DNA from: Schizochytrium sp. TIO01
Lineage: Eukaryota > Protista > Bigyra: Labyrinthulomycetes
Reading direction: 5' to 3'
DNA: 64,000 bases
Assembly: GCA_004764695.1 (NCBI GenBank)
Contig: SMSO01000035.1
Coordinates: 1,984,001-2,048,000, forward strand
Positions 54,081 through 64,000 of the stretch are shown one piece after another (the first letter of the stretch is position 1; the number at the start of each line of letters is the position of its first letter). The notes under the pieces are model-generated. The model did no database searches, was not told the DNA's origin, and saw nothing but the letters and a program-made list of their open reading frames with translations. The position numbers were made by a program, and so were the translations under genes.

Positions 54081-54223
54081 AAAAAGAAGAAAAAGAAGAA
54101 AAAGAAGAAAAAGAAGAAAAGGAAAGGAAAGAAAAGAAAAGAAAAGAAAAGAAAGGAAAAGAAAGGAAAAGAAAGGAAAAGAAAGGAAAAGAAAGGAAAA
54201 GAAAGGAGAGAGAGAGAGAGAGA
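54081..54223. repeat. ~140-nt pure purine tract (GAAAA/GGAAA/GA repeats); polypyrimidine on the - strand
   Basis: Directly visible. Confidence 0.9.
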
Positions 54224-57200
54224 AACTTTGGAAATGAAATGAAAAGGGTAAATTAAATGTGAATTCAGGGCATGCCAGAATGAAAGATGGGTATGATGGC
54301 TGAAGAGCGAGCGACCGCTCCGAGCAGGATCTCGGCAGCCTGGACGTGGTTCCAAGAAGAGGTGGGCAGGCAGACGTTCCTGCTTGCAAACTGTCGCTCG
54401 CTTGCAAGGTGCCAAGAAAAGTCAGTTTCTGTTTGCTTCAAGCTGTAGAAAATTGCAATTTCACAGCCTAATATACTCCGGTGAGAAGTGTGTTCTTTCT
54501 CCTCCTATTGCGCTGTACTAAGTGTTTTTATCATCATAAGAATAATAATTATTTTTAACTGTAGCGTAGCAGCGCCTACTGTAAAAGGTACGACTACGGC
54601 CAATTAAGAATATGGTGATGGATCATGAGTCTGTGAATTGTAGATTGCTTAAAAGGAGACGACATCATCGCTGCGAATAGTCAATTAATTGCCTCACGAG
54701 ACGGCGTGGCATTGCTCTGCTGCTGGGCGGTTGGCGATCCCAATGGGTTGGCCCGCAAATTGAAGCTTTGGTATCGAGCTATCTGGCCATGCGTGTGTCA
54801 TTGTCGGCATCGGGTCGTGACATTTGGGCAGCTTGAACTCCGGTTGAAGAATGAGAATTTACAATAAGTATCGCCATATTACCCCGTACATTTATTTATT
54901 TTGTAGTGCTTATGGCAATGGGAGCATCATAAGGCGCCAGGCACCTCTTCGACTTCACGATGGCGAGCGGAGAGAAGGCCGTCTATCACTCCTATCTCGA
55001 GGTCGTCGAGATAGAGGAGCTCAGATCCATCAAGCTTGCAAGCTTGATGGATGTAAGTAAGTCTTGCAAGTTTGCAGGTCTCCTTCTTTCGATTGTTTGT
55101 CCTTTCTTCTCAGCCAACTCATAAACCATCGTAATGATCATTATTTTATAGAGATCATAGTATTAAAAAAGCAAAAGAATAATTAAAAAAAAAACTGAAA
55201 GAATGATGTAAAATTATAATGAGAAGCAGCTGAAGAAAGTTGCAGTCAATCGCGATTGCGTCACGACAGCTCATAGACACCTCGTGCATCGCTGGCTCTG
55301 TTTTCCACAAAGCTTGGCTCCTCTTCCGCTCGCTCGCGGGATCGTGAATAGGTTTACATACATACATACATACATACACACATGCGAGTAACATTCGATG
55401 CCCAAAGAGTCTCGTGCAGAGAATCTGCGCTGGCGATCGCAATAACAATTATAACGACAATTAAAGAGCGCTAGGGCCGTACAGCGTAAACTCTAGCACT
55501 CGCTCCTGCGAAGGTGTGCTCCGCCAATCGTCAAGACAACTTTGGGCTCAAGCTCAACGGCGACCTCCACTGCTGAGAGGTGGCCACGACAAGGTGATAG
55601 CATTTGGGATCACGCCCGCTGCGTGGCCGTAGACGGAGTTGCTGGAGTTCGTCGCGAAAAGCAAGCTGGGAAATATTCGTGCGGCTGTTGTTGCAGTGTT
55701 TTGGTGTTTCTGTGGGAGGGCCTAATGAAGGGGAATATGGAGGTCATCGGCATTGCGCGAAATCGCGGAATTCATGGGCGTGAATTCGCTACAGCGTCTT
55801 TATTTGCCGTGGATGGTTTATGGTTTATGGGTAGGAAATGAAGCAGCTTGAGCTTCCGGGAATGCGGCAGAACGAGCAATTCGACGCAGAGCCACGCGTG
55901 GAAATAAATGCCGATTTACCAAAACTAAGCCGCTCGTCTCCTTCTGATGGCACATAAATAAATAAATAAACAAACAAACAAACACGTGCTACCTTGCAAG
56001 AGTAAAAGTAAATTTCAGGCCCAGCACAACCCGCCTTTGAGACTTCCATCTTTCCTCCATTCCGGCAACAATAGGCGTCGTCGGCGATCACGAAGGCTGC
56101 CACGTCGAGTTCAAGGCTCTCCTTTGCGTTGACGCGAAAGTCGAGCATCGCAGCAACACCTGTAAAGTTGCTCGAGCGTGTGACGAATGGATGGCAAGTT
56201 TGCAGGTACTGGAGCTATGAAAACACATGAGGTTCATCGTTGAGTGGTGGTTTTGACGTGCGTTTTTAATTAACCCAAGTTAAAAAGATTTTAACGCGGC
56301 AGCATTACCTTTATGAATGTGGCGTTGACTGTGATATAAAATTAGCGAATCGATCGCACATTTAGTTACTTACTCACGTTGCGGAGCCAAAGTTCCCACT
56401 GCTCGCTCGATGGCATACGTTACGAGACAACAAACTGTCTCTGAGTCAGTCGGCGTGTACGAAGACTCTGAAGATACTCGCCGTGCGGTGGATCTGCGAA
56501 CTCCAATGAGGTTGGCCTTGGCTTTGTCGAGACTTTTTTGTAAAGCACGCACTTCATCAGAGGGGACTGACCGAGACACTTTATCGCCAAATCATTGGTC
56601 CGTGAAAATCGCGGGCGAACCCGAAGCTTAAATTCTTCACCTGCCCAAGAACGTGCGGTTCACACACGGATTTTATAGAGTGAGCTTCGAACTCTTCATA
56701 ACGTCATGATGGTACTCACATCTCTGGTTCATTCATAGCTCGCTAGCTTCGAAGCTTTCTGTCCGTCCAATTTACAGCGAATCGCAATGTTTGGTACAGA
56801 TTGAACTCGAACTTGAACGAACCAGCCGAAGGCTTTGCATCTCGAGGACACATGAAAATAACGAGCTGCGATCCTTCATCTTGATTCCGCGTGTTGATGG
56901 CAAGCTTGGCAGCCACTTTGCGCAACTCAGTTGATGGCAACTTAATCAGGTGAGATGGTGATCATGAATGAATGAGCTAGGTGTTTGACTTCTTCCATTT
57001 GCAAATTACTGCATTGTGTTTCCTCAAGTTCTACCAATCAGGCCTGAAGACAGTGAGGACCTGGTCATGGAAGCAAGAAGATTTAGCGCAACCCGCCGTT
57101 CTGGGCATCGTCGTTCTGATCACCTTCCGGCTGGTAGCTAGCTTTCTTCGGGAGACGCTCAGCTGTCTCAAGAAACAACTTGTCTGGGACCTCAGAAACC

Positions 57201-58979
57201 TCAAGATCCTGAAAACTTCAAGAAGCAGAGTCGCTGCTACTGCTTGCGAGGCACCACCAGATCATGGTGGTGGTCTGGTCTGGTGGTTTTAGTAAACTTG
57301 CCAACACCACGGTTGTTAAGGAAGGAGGACTTTTGATGCGCTGCACGCATCGTTGAAGAAGTTCACGGCCATGAGGTAGGCAGATGATCTATCTGGTTGC
57401 GTGCCATCCAAGTTTGTTGGCAGCTCACGCTTGAGAGAATATATATAACAGGTCGAAACCAAGTGCAAGTTTGCTTTCGGCGACACTAGTGGTGGTCATG
57501 GGTGCCGTTTTCACGGCCACAAATTTATTCGTATTTGGCGGCACTGGAGTGTGCCGAAAATACGGTGCAGACCACAGAGACTTCCTTTCGGATCATAAGC
57601 AGGTATTTGTCTCGCATCATGGCAAGAAACTTAGACACGATCAAATGCCAACTAGTACCTATTTTTGTGCGCATCCGACGGCAGCCAAACTAAAGTAATT
57701 TCGCATCCCTTTATCCACTCCATGAGCTCTAAATTTAGGCGCCGGGGTCGTCGGTTTTCTGGGCGCCTCAACTCCAAGTGCGTGCGCTGCAGCACAGTTT
57801 GCAATGTGATGAAGGTACTGAAAGTGTAATATGGGACCGGAAAATCTCAAGATGTGGCTATCAGAGATTGGGATTAGACTTCCATTCCTGTTCTCCGATC
57901 GATGCCTCTCTCAAACTTACAAATTTACTAATGGCCTAGATAACCCTTAGCAAGAGGTAGCTGTCGCCAAGGTTATAGATAATACGAGCCACAGGAGCAA
58001 TTACACGAAAGTGGTCCTAGCTACTGCGCAGCGGTTGCTACGAACGGTGCGATCTCCAAAGGCTCCTGATAATCAATCAGTTTGAAAGCAAACTTAGCAC
58101 GCATAATAGATGCAAGAGGCTGCGACATATAAAAGTGAACAAAATGAAATGGGTAAATGGCGGATTTTTAATATGACAGGTTACGAGAGAAAGCAACATC
58201 AAGTACAGTTTGCACGTGAAACTCGGGAGCACGCCTATCCCAAATGACTTTTACTTTCTATTGAAAAAAACAAAAAAACTGCATAATGCGAAGACCGCTC
58301 AGCACACCTTTGGCCGAACTTTGCAATCTGAAAGACTTTTAGGGAATAGAAGAAGAAATTCTCGAACCGATCGGTCGACATGCAAACCCAATGCGTCTCA
58401 AAGAGTATCGTTTAGAACCCCTCTAAGATTCAGAAACAACTAGACAAATCCAGATGGACATTGAGATTAGGATGAGCAGTTTTTGTAAATTGGAGAGCCG
58501 TCACCTTTACATTTCATTTATAGCACCAACATTTTACAGTCTGAGCAAATCTTATATGCACTTCGTATTTAGCGAATACTCGACTACTACGCGCAGCCCT
58601 TTCAGGAAAACATGGCGGCCGTCTCGTTCACTCTGCATGTACTGATATCATTAAGCCAATTTAAGCTCCCTATTGACATCGACATTTGGTTTGTATAATG
58701 AAAGACCACTCCAGTTTCTATTAGGTTCTTTATTAGCAACTCCTAGCATGCATATCTTGGTAGATAGTCTCAAAGAACAAACTTCACGACTGTCTTAGGC
58801 CAGCAGAAACTTTGCAACTAACCCATCGACGACAAGCTAGCTGCCGAGCACGTGCACAGCCTCTCAGTAGTTTTGACAGGTTTGGAGGCCTGCTTGAGAC
58901 TTTCCAGCGAACGTGTTCGTAAAACTTTGGCGCATTCATTCCGTTGACCACCTACGGTTCAAGGTTAGCTGCTTTTTGG

Positions 58980-60230
58980 ATGAGTGCCTTCATCGCAGTT
59001 GTTGTAGTTCTCGCGAGCGCCTTCGGGCTTCTGTGCCTTTTTGTAGCACTCGAAGTTCTATGCGATGACTTTTTGGTTCCTGCGTTGAGTGCTCTCGCAG
59101 ATCGTACTAAATGGCAGCATGAAGCAATCAGTGCGGGAGTGCTCGCTTTGGGCGCCTCCGCAGCCGAAATTGTTTTAGGCGTGACTGCCACGTTCGAGAG
59201 CGCCCCTGAGCTCTCCATGGGTACCATGACTGGATCTGCAATTATTGCTTTTACAATGCTCCCTGCTTGCTGTATATGGGCCTCACGAGGCCGCGAAATG
59301 CCGTTGGAATTGCTGCCGCTGCTGAGGGATTCTGCATTTTTCATTGTGGCGGTGGTCGCACTGATGGTTGTGGCGTCCAGAAATGAGCTCACACCATTAA
59401 ACTGTGCAGCTCTAGTGGGTGTCTTCTTTATTTACGCAGTGATCTTGATTACATGTCCGCTGAAATCGAATCAGGCGTTAGTCGAGCAGGCGGGTGATTC
59501 TGAAGACCAGATGGGATCACTTCAAGGGTCAGGACAAAATAATCGCGACTATGGAACAAATGCAACTCTTCCGGGGTCTAAAGGGGCTCAAAAAAGCTCA
59601 AAAAAGCCGTCTCCAGCTCACAACGTACCTGAGTTCGAAATTTTCGAAGAATGGCCTTTCACTTTGATCTCCGACCCGTTCAAGGTACTTATGAGTTTGG
59701 TTCTTAACCGCAAGAGGCTTAAGCGCACCGGCGAGAATTGGGCGTGGGGGGTATTCATATCACTTGTTGTTCTCGTGGGCTTAAGTGAGTGCGTGGTGCA
59801 GCTCATAATCGTACTTGCCGAGAGAGTTGGTATGTCACAGCACCTTGCTGGCATTACTATTTTGGCCATAGGTACTCAAGTTGAAGATGTCTTTGGGACA
59901 ATGGCACTTGCAAAGTCAGGTCGTTCAACCAGCGCCATGGTGACTGCTCTTGGATCTCAAATCACAAACTACGCCCTGGGTGTTGGAGCACCATTTCTTG
60001 CTTATGGACTTATTCATGGCAAGTCGGTTCGTCTTGATCCGACCAAAATTCATGACGTACTCATGTCCACGCTTATCTTAGCTGCTGTTGTCGGATGCTT
60101 TTTTCTTCTGTGCTTACGTCACATTCTGTGGGCACAATCTACTCAATTTGTGTTGCAAAATGTTGATGCAATCCTCCTGATGTGCGCCTATGTTACAGCA
60201 ACTGTGGCAGCGGTCATTCTTCTCCAGTGA
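58980..60230 (+). CDS. CaCA-superfamily cation/Ca2+ exchanger (NCKX/YrbG-like)
   Basis: Two hydrophobic TM bundles separated by a polar loop. Motifs LCDDFLVPAL, alpha-1 GVLALGASAAEI..GTMTGSAI, LLRDSAFF, and alpha-2 AGITILAIGTQVED..ALGSQITN. First ATG at 58980. Confidence 0.85.
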   Translation: MSAFIAVVVVLASAFGLLCLFVALEVLCDDFLVPALSALADRTKWQHEAISAGVLALGASAAEIVLGVTATFESAPELSMGTMTGSAIIAFTMLPACCIWASRGREMPLELLPLLRDSAFFIVAVVALMVVASRNELTPLNCAALVGVFFIYAVILITCPLKSNQALVEQAGDSEDQMGSLQGSGQNNRDYGTNATLPGSKGAQKSSKKPSPAHNVPEFEIFEEWPFTLISDPFKVLMSLVLNRKRLKRTGENWAWGVFISLVVLVGLSECVVQLIIVLAERVGMSQHLAGITILAIGTQVEDVFGTMALAKSGRSTSAMVTALGSQITNYALGVGAPFLAYGLIHGKSVRLDPTKIHDVLMSTLILAAVVGCFFLLCLRHILWAQSTQFVLQNVDAILLMCAYVTATVAAVILLQ

Positions 60231-60560
60231 TTGCAGTTTATACTCGAGATACGTCTATTTGCTTGACGTTATATGTTTTAAAAAGTTTTAGAAAACAATA
60301 ACATGAATATTGATCACTAAGTTAGCTTGTGTTTACGAGGATCTTTGTGACACTATGACAGAGTTCTTTTTTTCTAAGAAGAAATCGCTTCAACCGCTCA
60401 GGAGTAGGTATACATTCCCATGCATCCTCTGTTCAACAAATATAGTGCATTATAGTATGTCTCTGTTGGGCCGTCTATCCCCTTTGCAAGAGCTCAGATT
60501 GTTCGAAAGCAAAGGATATGCAGTAGTTGACACCCGTTGAATTGTTAGACGTTGACTATT

Positions 60561-60705
60561 GTTTTAAACTTGAAACTTAATTATTATTATTTTAATTTAA
60601 AATAAGTTTAAAATATTATTATTTTAAAGTAAAATCAATTGATAATTTAATTGAAATAATAAAAATAAAATCATTTTTTTTAATTTAGGGAATAAATTAA
60701 AGAAT
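60561..60705. other. Extremely AT-rich intergenic tract
   Basis: Almost no G or C over about 140 bp between the exchanger and the LSD1-like gene. Confidence 0.7.
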
Positions 60706-61481
60706 AGTCAAGAGTAGCAAGCAAGAGCATCCAACGTGTGTCATTCACCCAATCCATCATGTCCATACATTCTATTTAGCAAAGATACCAAACGACTCTG
60801 CTCCCTCCAGAACGACCTTGCGATCGCATGATGGATTCCCAAATGTAGAGATCATCAATTATCAATCCACAGCTACAACTTCCTTTCCATTTTAGGACCC
60901 TATGTCGATTGCGTTGCTGCTTGCTTGGCTTGGTTGCTTTCCTGCATTCTTATAGGTGCATCAATCATGCTACAGGTGAACCTTTGCTATTGTATCCCAT
61001 CGAGTACGTCTTTGAAAGCGAACTGTCTAAGTGGCCAAAAATACGCACTGATCGATGGATTTAGTTCTCCTCGATTCTAGATTGGCGACTTTCTCTTATC
61101 CAAGCAAGGACGTGATACTTATTCCCAATACAACAGAAACAAAAGGGATCAACACATCAGATCAAGAGTCAAGTGGGTATAGATGACTTCCTACTATAGG
61201 CTATTTTTTTTCTGCAAGTGGTTTATAGAGGTGCTCAAAGTCCAGAATAAAGTAGGTAAATTGAAGAAAACAACATGAACGAGCGAAATAAATGAGAGAA
61301 TGAATGATCGATAGAATGATCGTGACATTTAGATCCATCAAAAGCAAACCACCGCGCGATCTAGGTCAGGCAGACCTTAAATCGCTGGCGGGGGTTGGCG
61401 TTTTAAGGGCCGGGCTTAGTCGTATTCGCGAGTAAAGGGAAGCCAGGCCCGCGCGGGCGGTCGCAGAGATCAAGCGGCGAA

Positions 61482-64000
61482 ATGGGCGTGCGTGGCACGG
61501 CGTCCTCCACGTCCTCGGCGGCGGCCACTCCGCTTCCGCAAAGCGGCGTGGCGATTGGAGCTCATGAAAATCAAGGCCTCGCAGCACGCTCGAGCGAGGT
61601 CGGCGGCGAGGAAATTCGCGGCCGCGAAATTCAGGGACATGAAATTCGAGATCACGAAATTCGAGGTCGCGAAATTCGACCCCATGATAGCCGAGATTTC
61701 GGAGCACAACAAAGTATTATGCAGGACAAACGCAGACCTGAAAACCGTGGCGTTGAGCAGCTGTCAAGGTATGAATCAAGGCTTAATTTCTTTTCTAGGC
61801 TAGGACGCGTTCATCCAGAGCTCTTCAAGCACCCTGGATGTGCAGGTCTTGGTGTAGCACCCGGTAAATCAAGATGGCCATCTGTGGGGTCCAAAGCATT
61901 GGATCTTCACCAGCTTCTGCAGGAAGTCATGCGTCATGGAGGTTTCACTAATGTCGTGGAAAACAAACTCTGGAAGGTGTGTGGTCTCGCGCTTTATTTA
62001 CCACCTTCATGCACATCAATGTCAGCACAGTTGCGACAAAACTATCAAAAGTATCTTCTCGATTTCGAGGAGCTCTTGCGCGGAGAAATCGGTCCTGCTG
62101 GACATAGTGGTGGCCGTTCGCCAGCGGTTACCGTCAAGACCGAAGCAGGACGTAATAGCTCCACAAGCCCGTCAAAGGGACTTAAACCGCAACCTAACTT
62201 TTTTGACTTTGGCCATTTCGTGGACGATATGGTGCTTCAGGAGTCTGGCGCCATTGCAATGCACTACAATGCTCGAGCGATGATGCCACAGGAGCTTCTT
62301 GCCTTCCCAGAGTTTGGCTATGATTGCGCTCCGGAGGTTCGTTGTGTTTATTTGGATATTCGGAATCATATTCTATACCACTGGGCGATGGACGTGCGCC
62401 GAGAACTTCTGCTCGACGCCCACATCCTTGGGCCTCTTGCGACAAAATTCGGCAACTCCCCAGAATGCGAACCTTGGTTCGATCCCAAACTCATTACTCG
62501 TATCTTTACTTTTCTCGAGACCTGCGGTTCTATCAACACAGGTGCGTTTAAGTACTCCATCGAGCGGCCCTTGCGCGTGAGTGTTCCCGGTAACCTCGGT
62601 ATCGGATCCAAGCGGATTGTTGTCATTGGTGCCGGGTTTGCTGGCCTTGCAGCAGCAACGCAACTTAAACATTTTGGCCATCAAGTCATTGTGCTGGAAG
62701 GCCGAGGCCGTGTTGGAGGTCGTGCTTTCACTGATCGCAGCTTTGGAGGCGCTGCTGTTGATGTAGGCGCTATGCTCATCACCGGTGGTGTCGCACATCC
62801 CGCTCGTATGCTCAGTGACCAGCTTGGCCAGCCGTTACACCCCGTTAATCCAACGTGCCCCTTGTATTGGAGCGATGGACGTAAACGTGCACGCGTTACC
62901 GAGGAAATGGACCAGGCAGTAGAGGCATCGTTTCTTAATGCCACAGAACGTGCTGTCGAAGAGAAAGTGGTACTTCTCACACAGGATCGTTTCTCGGGTC
63001 GTGTAGATGTTGAGGAATTTCGAAAAGACCCAAAACCACAGCAACTGCAGGCTACTAATGGAGACCGTAGTTTGACGACTCCAACAGCTACGCAGAACAG
63101 AAAAGAAATTATCCAGAATATCTTATCACCAGCAATGCTCAAAGAATTTGCTATCATCCCCGAAGTCCAAAAGCGAAGACCTTTGACCCAACTTGATGCC
63201 GGAATTGATGCTCACGATCCTCGTGTTCCACAACTCCACTCTGAGTTATCCCCTGCTGTGGAGGCTGCTTCCATGGCATCTACACCTGTAGAGACCTTGC
63301 TGGAACGGGTTCGCAGTGTCATTGAGGTAGCTGGGCAATGCTCTACACTAGCCAAGGAGGATGAAGCTCGAGTGCAGGCTGCTTTGAATCGCTTTGAAGG
63401 TTCTGAGCGTATTAGTGAAGGCTTCCAGGTGGCAAAGGACTCAATCGATCGTGCGACATTAGCTGTCCAACATGCTAACGGGGTTCTAGACGATGTTCGA
63501 CGTATGAACAAAACCTTTGCGCCGTTTGTTCCTAGTGAAACGAGCACTGCAACTGAGGTGGACTCAAATACAGCGGATAAGGTTATGCGCAAGTTTGATG
63601 TCTCGCTGCAATCAGCATTGGACCACTTCCTTTCTGTAAGGCCTCCAACTGAACCTGACCAAAAGGCTCTGTTGCAGTGGCATATGGCAAACCTAGAATA
63701 TGCTTGTGCGACTTCTCTCTCCAATGTTTCTAACACTCACTGGGACCAGGATGATGAGTACTCTTTTCAGGGCCCACACTACCTCCTACCACACGGTTTT
63801 AGCACACTTGCCTATGGTCTTGCTAACAGCGTTCGCCATGATATCCACTTTGGTGCGAAAGTAGAAACCATCAAGTCTGAAGTTGCAGCTGATGGTGTAG
63901 TGGTTGAATATGAAGATGCAGCTGGATCCAAGGGCTTAATTGAGGCCGATGCTGTACTTGTTACTGTCCCTCTCGGGGTTTTGAAGCGGAATGAGTTGCG
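61482..64000 (+). CDS. LSD1/KDM1-like flavin-dependent histone demethylase with N-terminal ARID and SWIRM domains (3'-truncated by the window end)
   Basis: Not in the ORF track because there is no stop in the window. Hand translation from ATG 61482 is open to 64000. ARID: LDLHQLLQEVMRHGGFTNVVENKLW...LRQNYQKYLLDFE. SWIRM: YLDIRNHILYHW...IFTFLETCGSINTG. FAD site: VVIGAGFAGLAAA..LEGRGRVGGR. LSD motifs: WHMANLEYAC, HWDQDD, ADAVLVTVPLGVLK. Confidence 0.9.
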   Translation, partial: MGVRGTASSTSSAAATPLPQSGVAIGAHENQGLAARSSEVGGEEIRGREIQGHEIRDHEIRGREIRPHDSRDFGAQQSIMQDKRRPENRGVEQLSRYESRLNFFSRLGRVHPELFKHPGCAGLGVAPGKSRWPSVGSKALDLHQLLQEVMRHGGFTNVVENKLWKVCGLALYLPPSCTSMSAQLRQNYQKYLLDFEELLRGEIGPAGHSGGRSPAVTVKTEAGRNSSTSPSKGLKPQPNFFDFGHFVDDMVLQESGAIAMHYNARAMMPQELLAFPEFGYDCAPEVRCVYLDIRNHILYHWAMDVRRELLLDAHILGPLATKFGNSPECEPWFDPKLITRIFTFLETCGSINTGAFKYSIERPLRVSVPGNLGIGSKRIVVIGAGFAGLAAATQLKHFGHQVIVLEGRGRVGGRAFTDRSFGGAAVDVGAMLITGGVAHPARMLSDQLGQPLHPVNPTCPLYWSDGRKRARVTEEMDQAVEASFLNATERAVEEKVVLLTQDRFSGRVDVEEFRKDPKPQQLQATNGDRSLTTPTATQNRKEIIQNILSPAMLKEFAIIPEVQKRRPLTQLDAGIDAHDPRVPQLHSELSPAVEAASMASTPVETLLERVRSVIEVAGQCSTLAKEDEARVQAALNRFEGSERISEGFQVAKDSIDRATLAVQHANGVLDDVRRMNKTFAPFVPSETSTATEVDSNTADKVMRKFDVSLQSALDHFLSVRPPTEPDQKALLQWHMANLEYACATSLSNVSNTHWDQDDEYSFQGPHYLLPHGFSTLAYGLANSVRHDIHFGAKVETIKSEVAADGVVVEYEDAAGSKGLIEADAVLVTVPLGVLKRNEL
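61611..61685 (+). repeat. Five imperfect 15-nt tandem repeats (GAAATTC...) encoding EIRGR/EIQGH/EIRDH/EIRGR/EIRPH
   Basis: Directly visible, in frame within the N-terminus of the LSD1-like ORF. Confidence 0.85.

Noticed and set aside
62476-62486. GGTTCGATCCC tRNA T-loop/B-box-like motif
   Set aside because: Lies within SWIRM coding sequence, with no cloverleaf or acceptor stem around it.

Overview
Eukaryotic, intron-poor, gene-dense DNA with microsatellite-rich intergenic regions. The flagellar genes, CatSper subunit and compact architecture suggest a zoospore-forming stramenopile such as a thraustochytrid (inference only). I support about 16 protein-coding genes: DRC10/IQCD, a PPIL6/RSP12-like cyclophilin, CatSper-gamma, a Mrc1/claspin-like protein, VPS4, CENP-C (one inferred intron), a DUF1757-like membrane protein, bacterial-type GlmS, a secreted trypsin with Cys-rich PAN/apple-like modules, two orphan proteins, TFIIIC subunit GTF3C3/Tfc4, a DsbA/FrnE-like oxidoreductase, a probably mitochondrion-targeted aspartate kinase, a CaCA-family exchanger, and a 3'-truncated ARID-SWIRM-amine oxidase (LSD1/KDM1-like) gene that is missing from the ORF track. 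Most notable are (i) a CatSper-gamma homologue in a run of three consecutive flagellar-motility genes, (ii) the ARID-fused LSD1 that lacks the canonical Tower but has a large insertion elsewhere, and (iii) a prokaryote-type GlmS. I found no tRNA, rRNA, CRISPR array or recognisable mobile element. All family calls come from motif recognition by eye, with no database searches.
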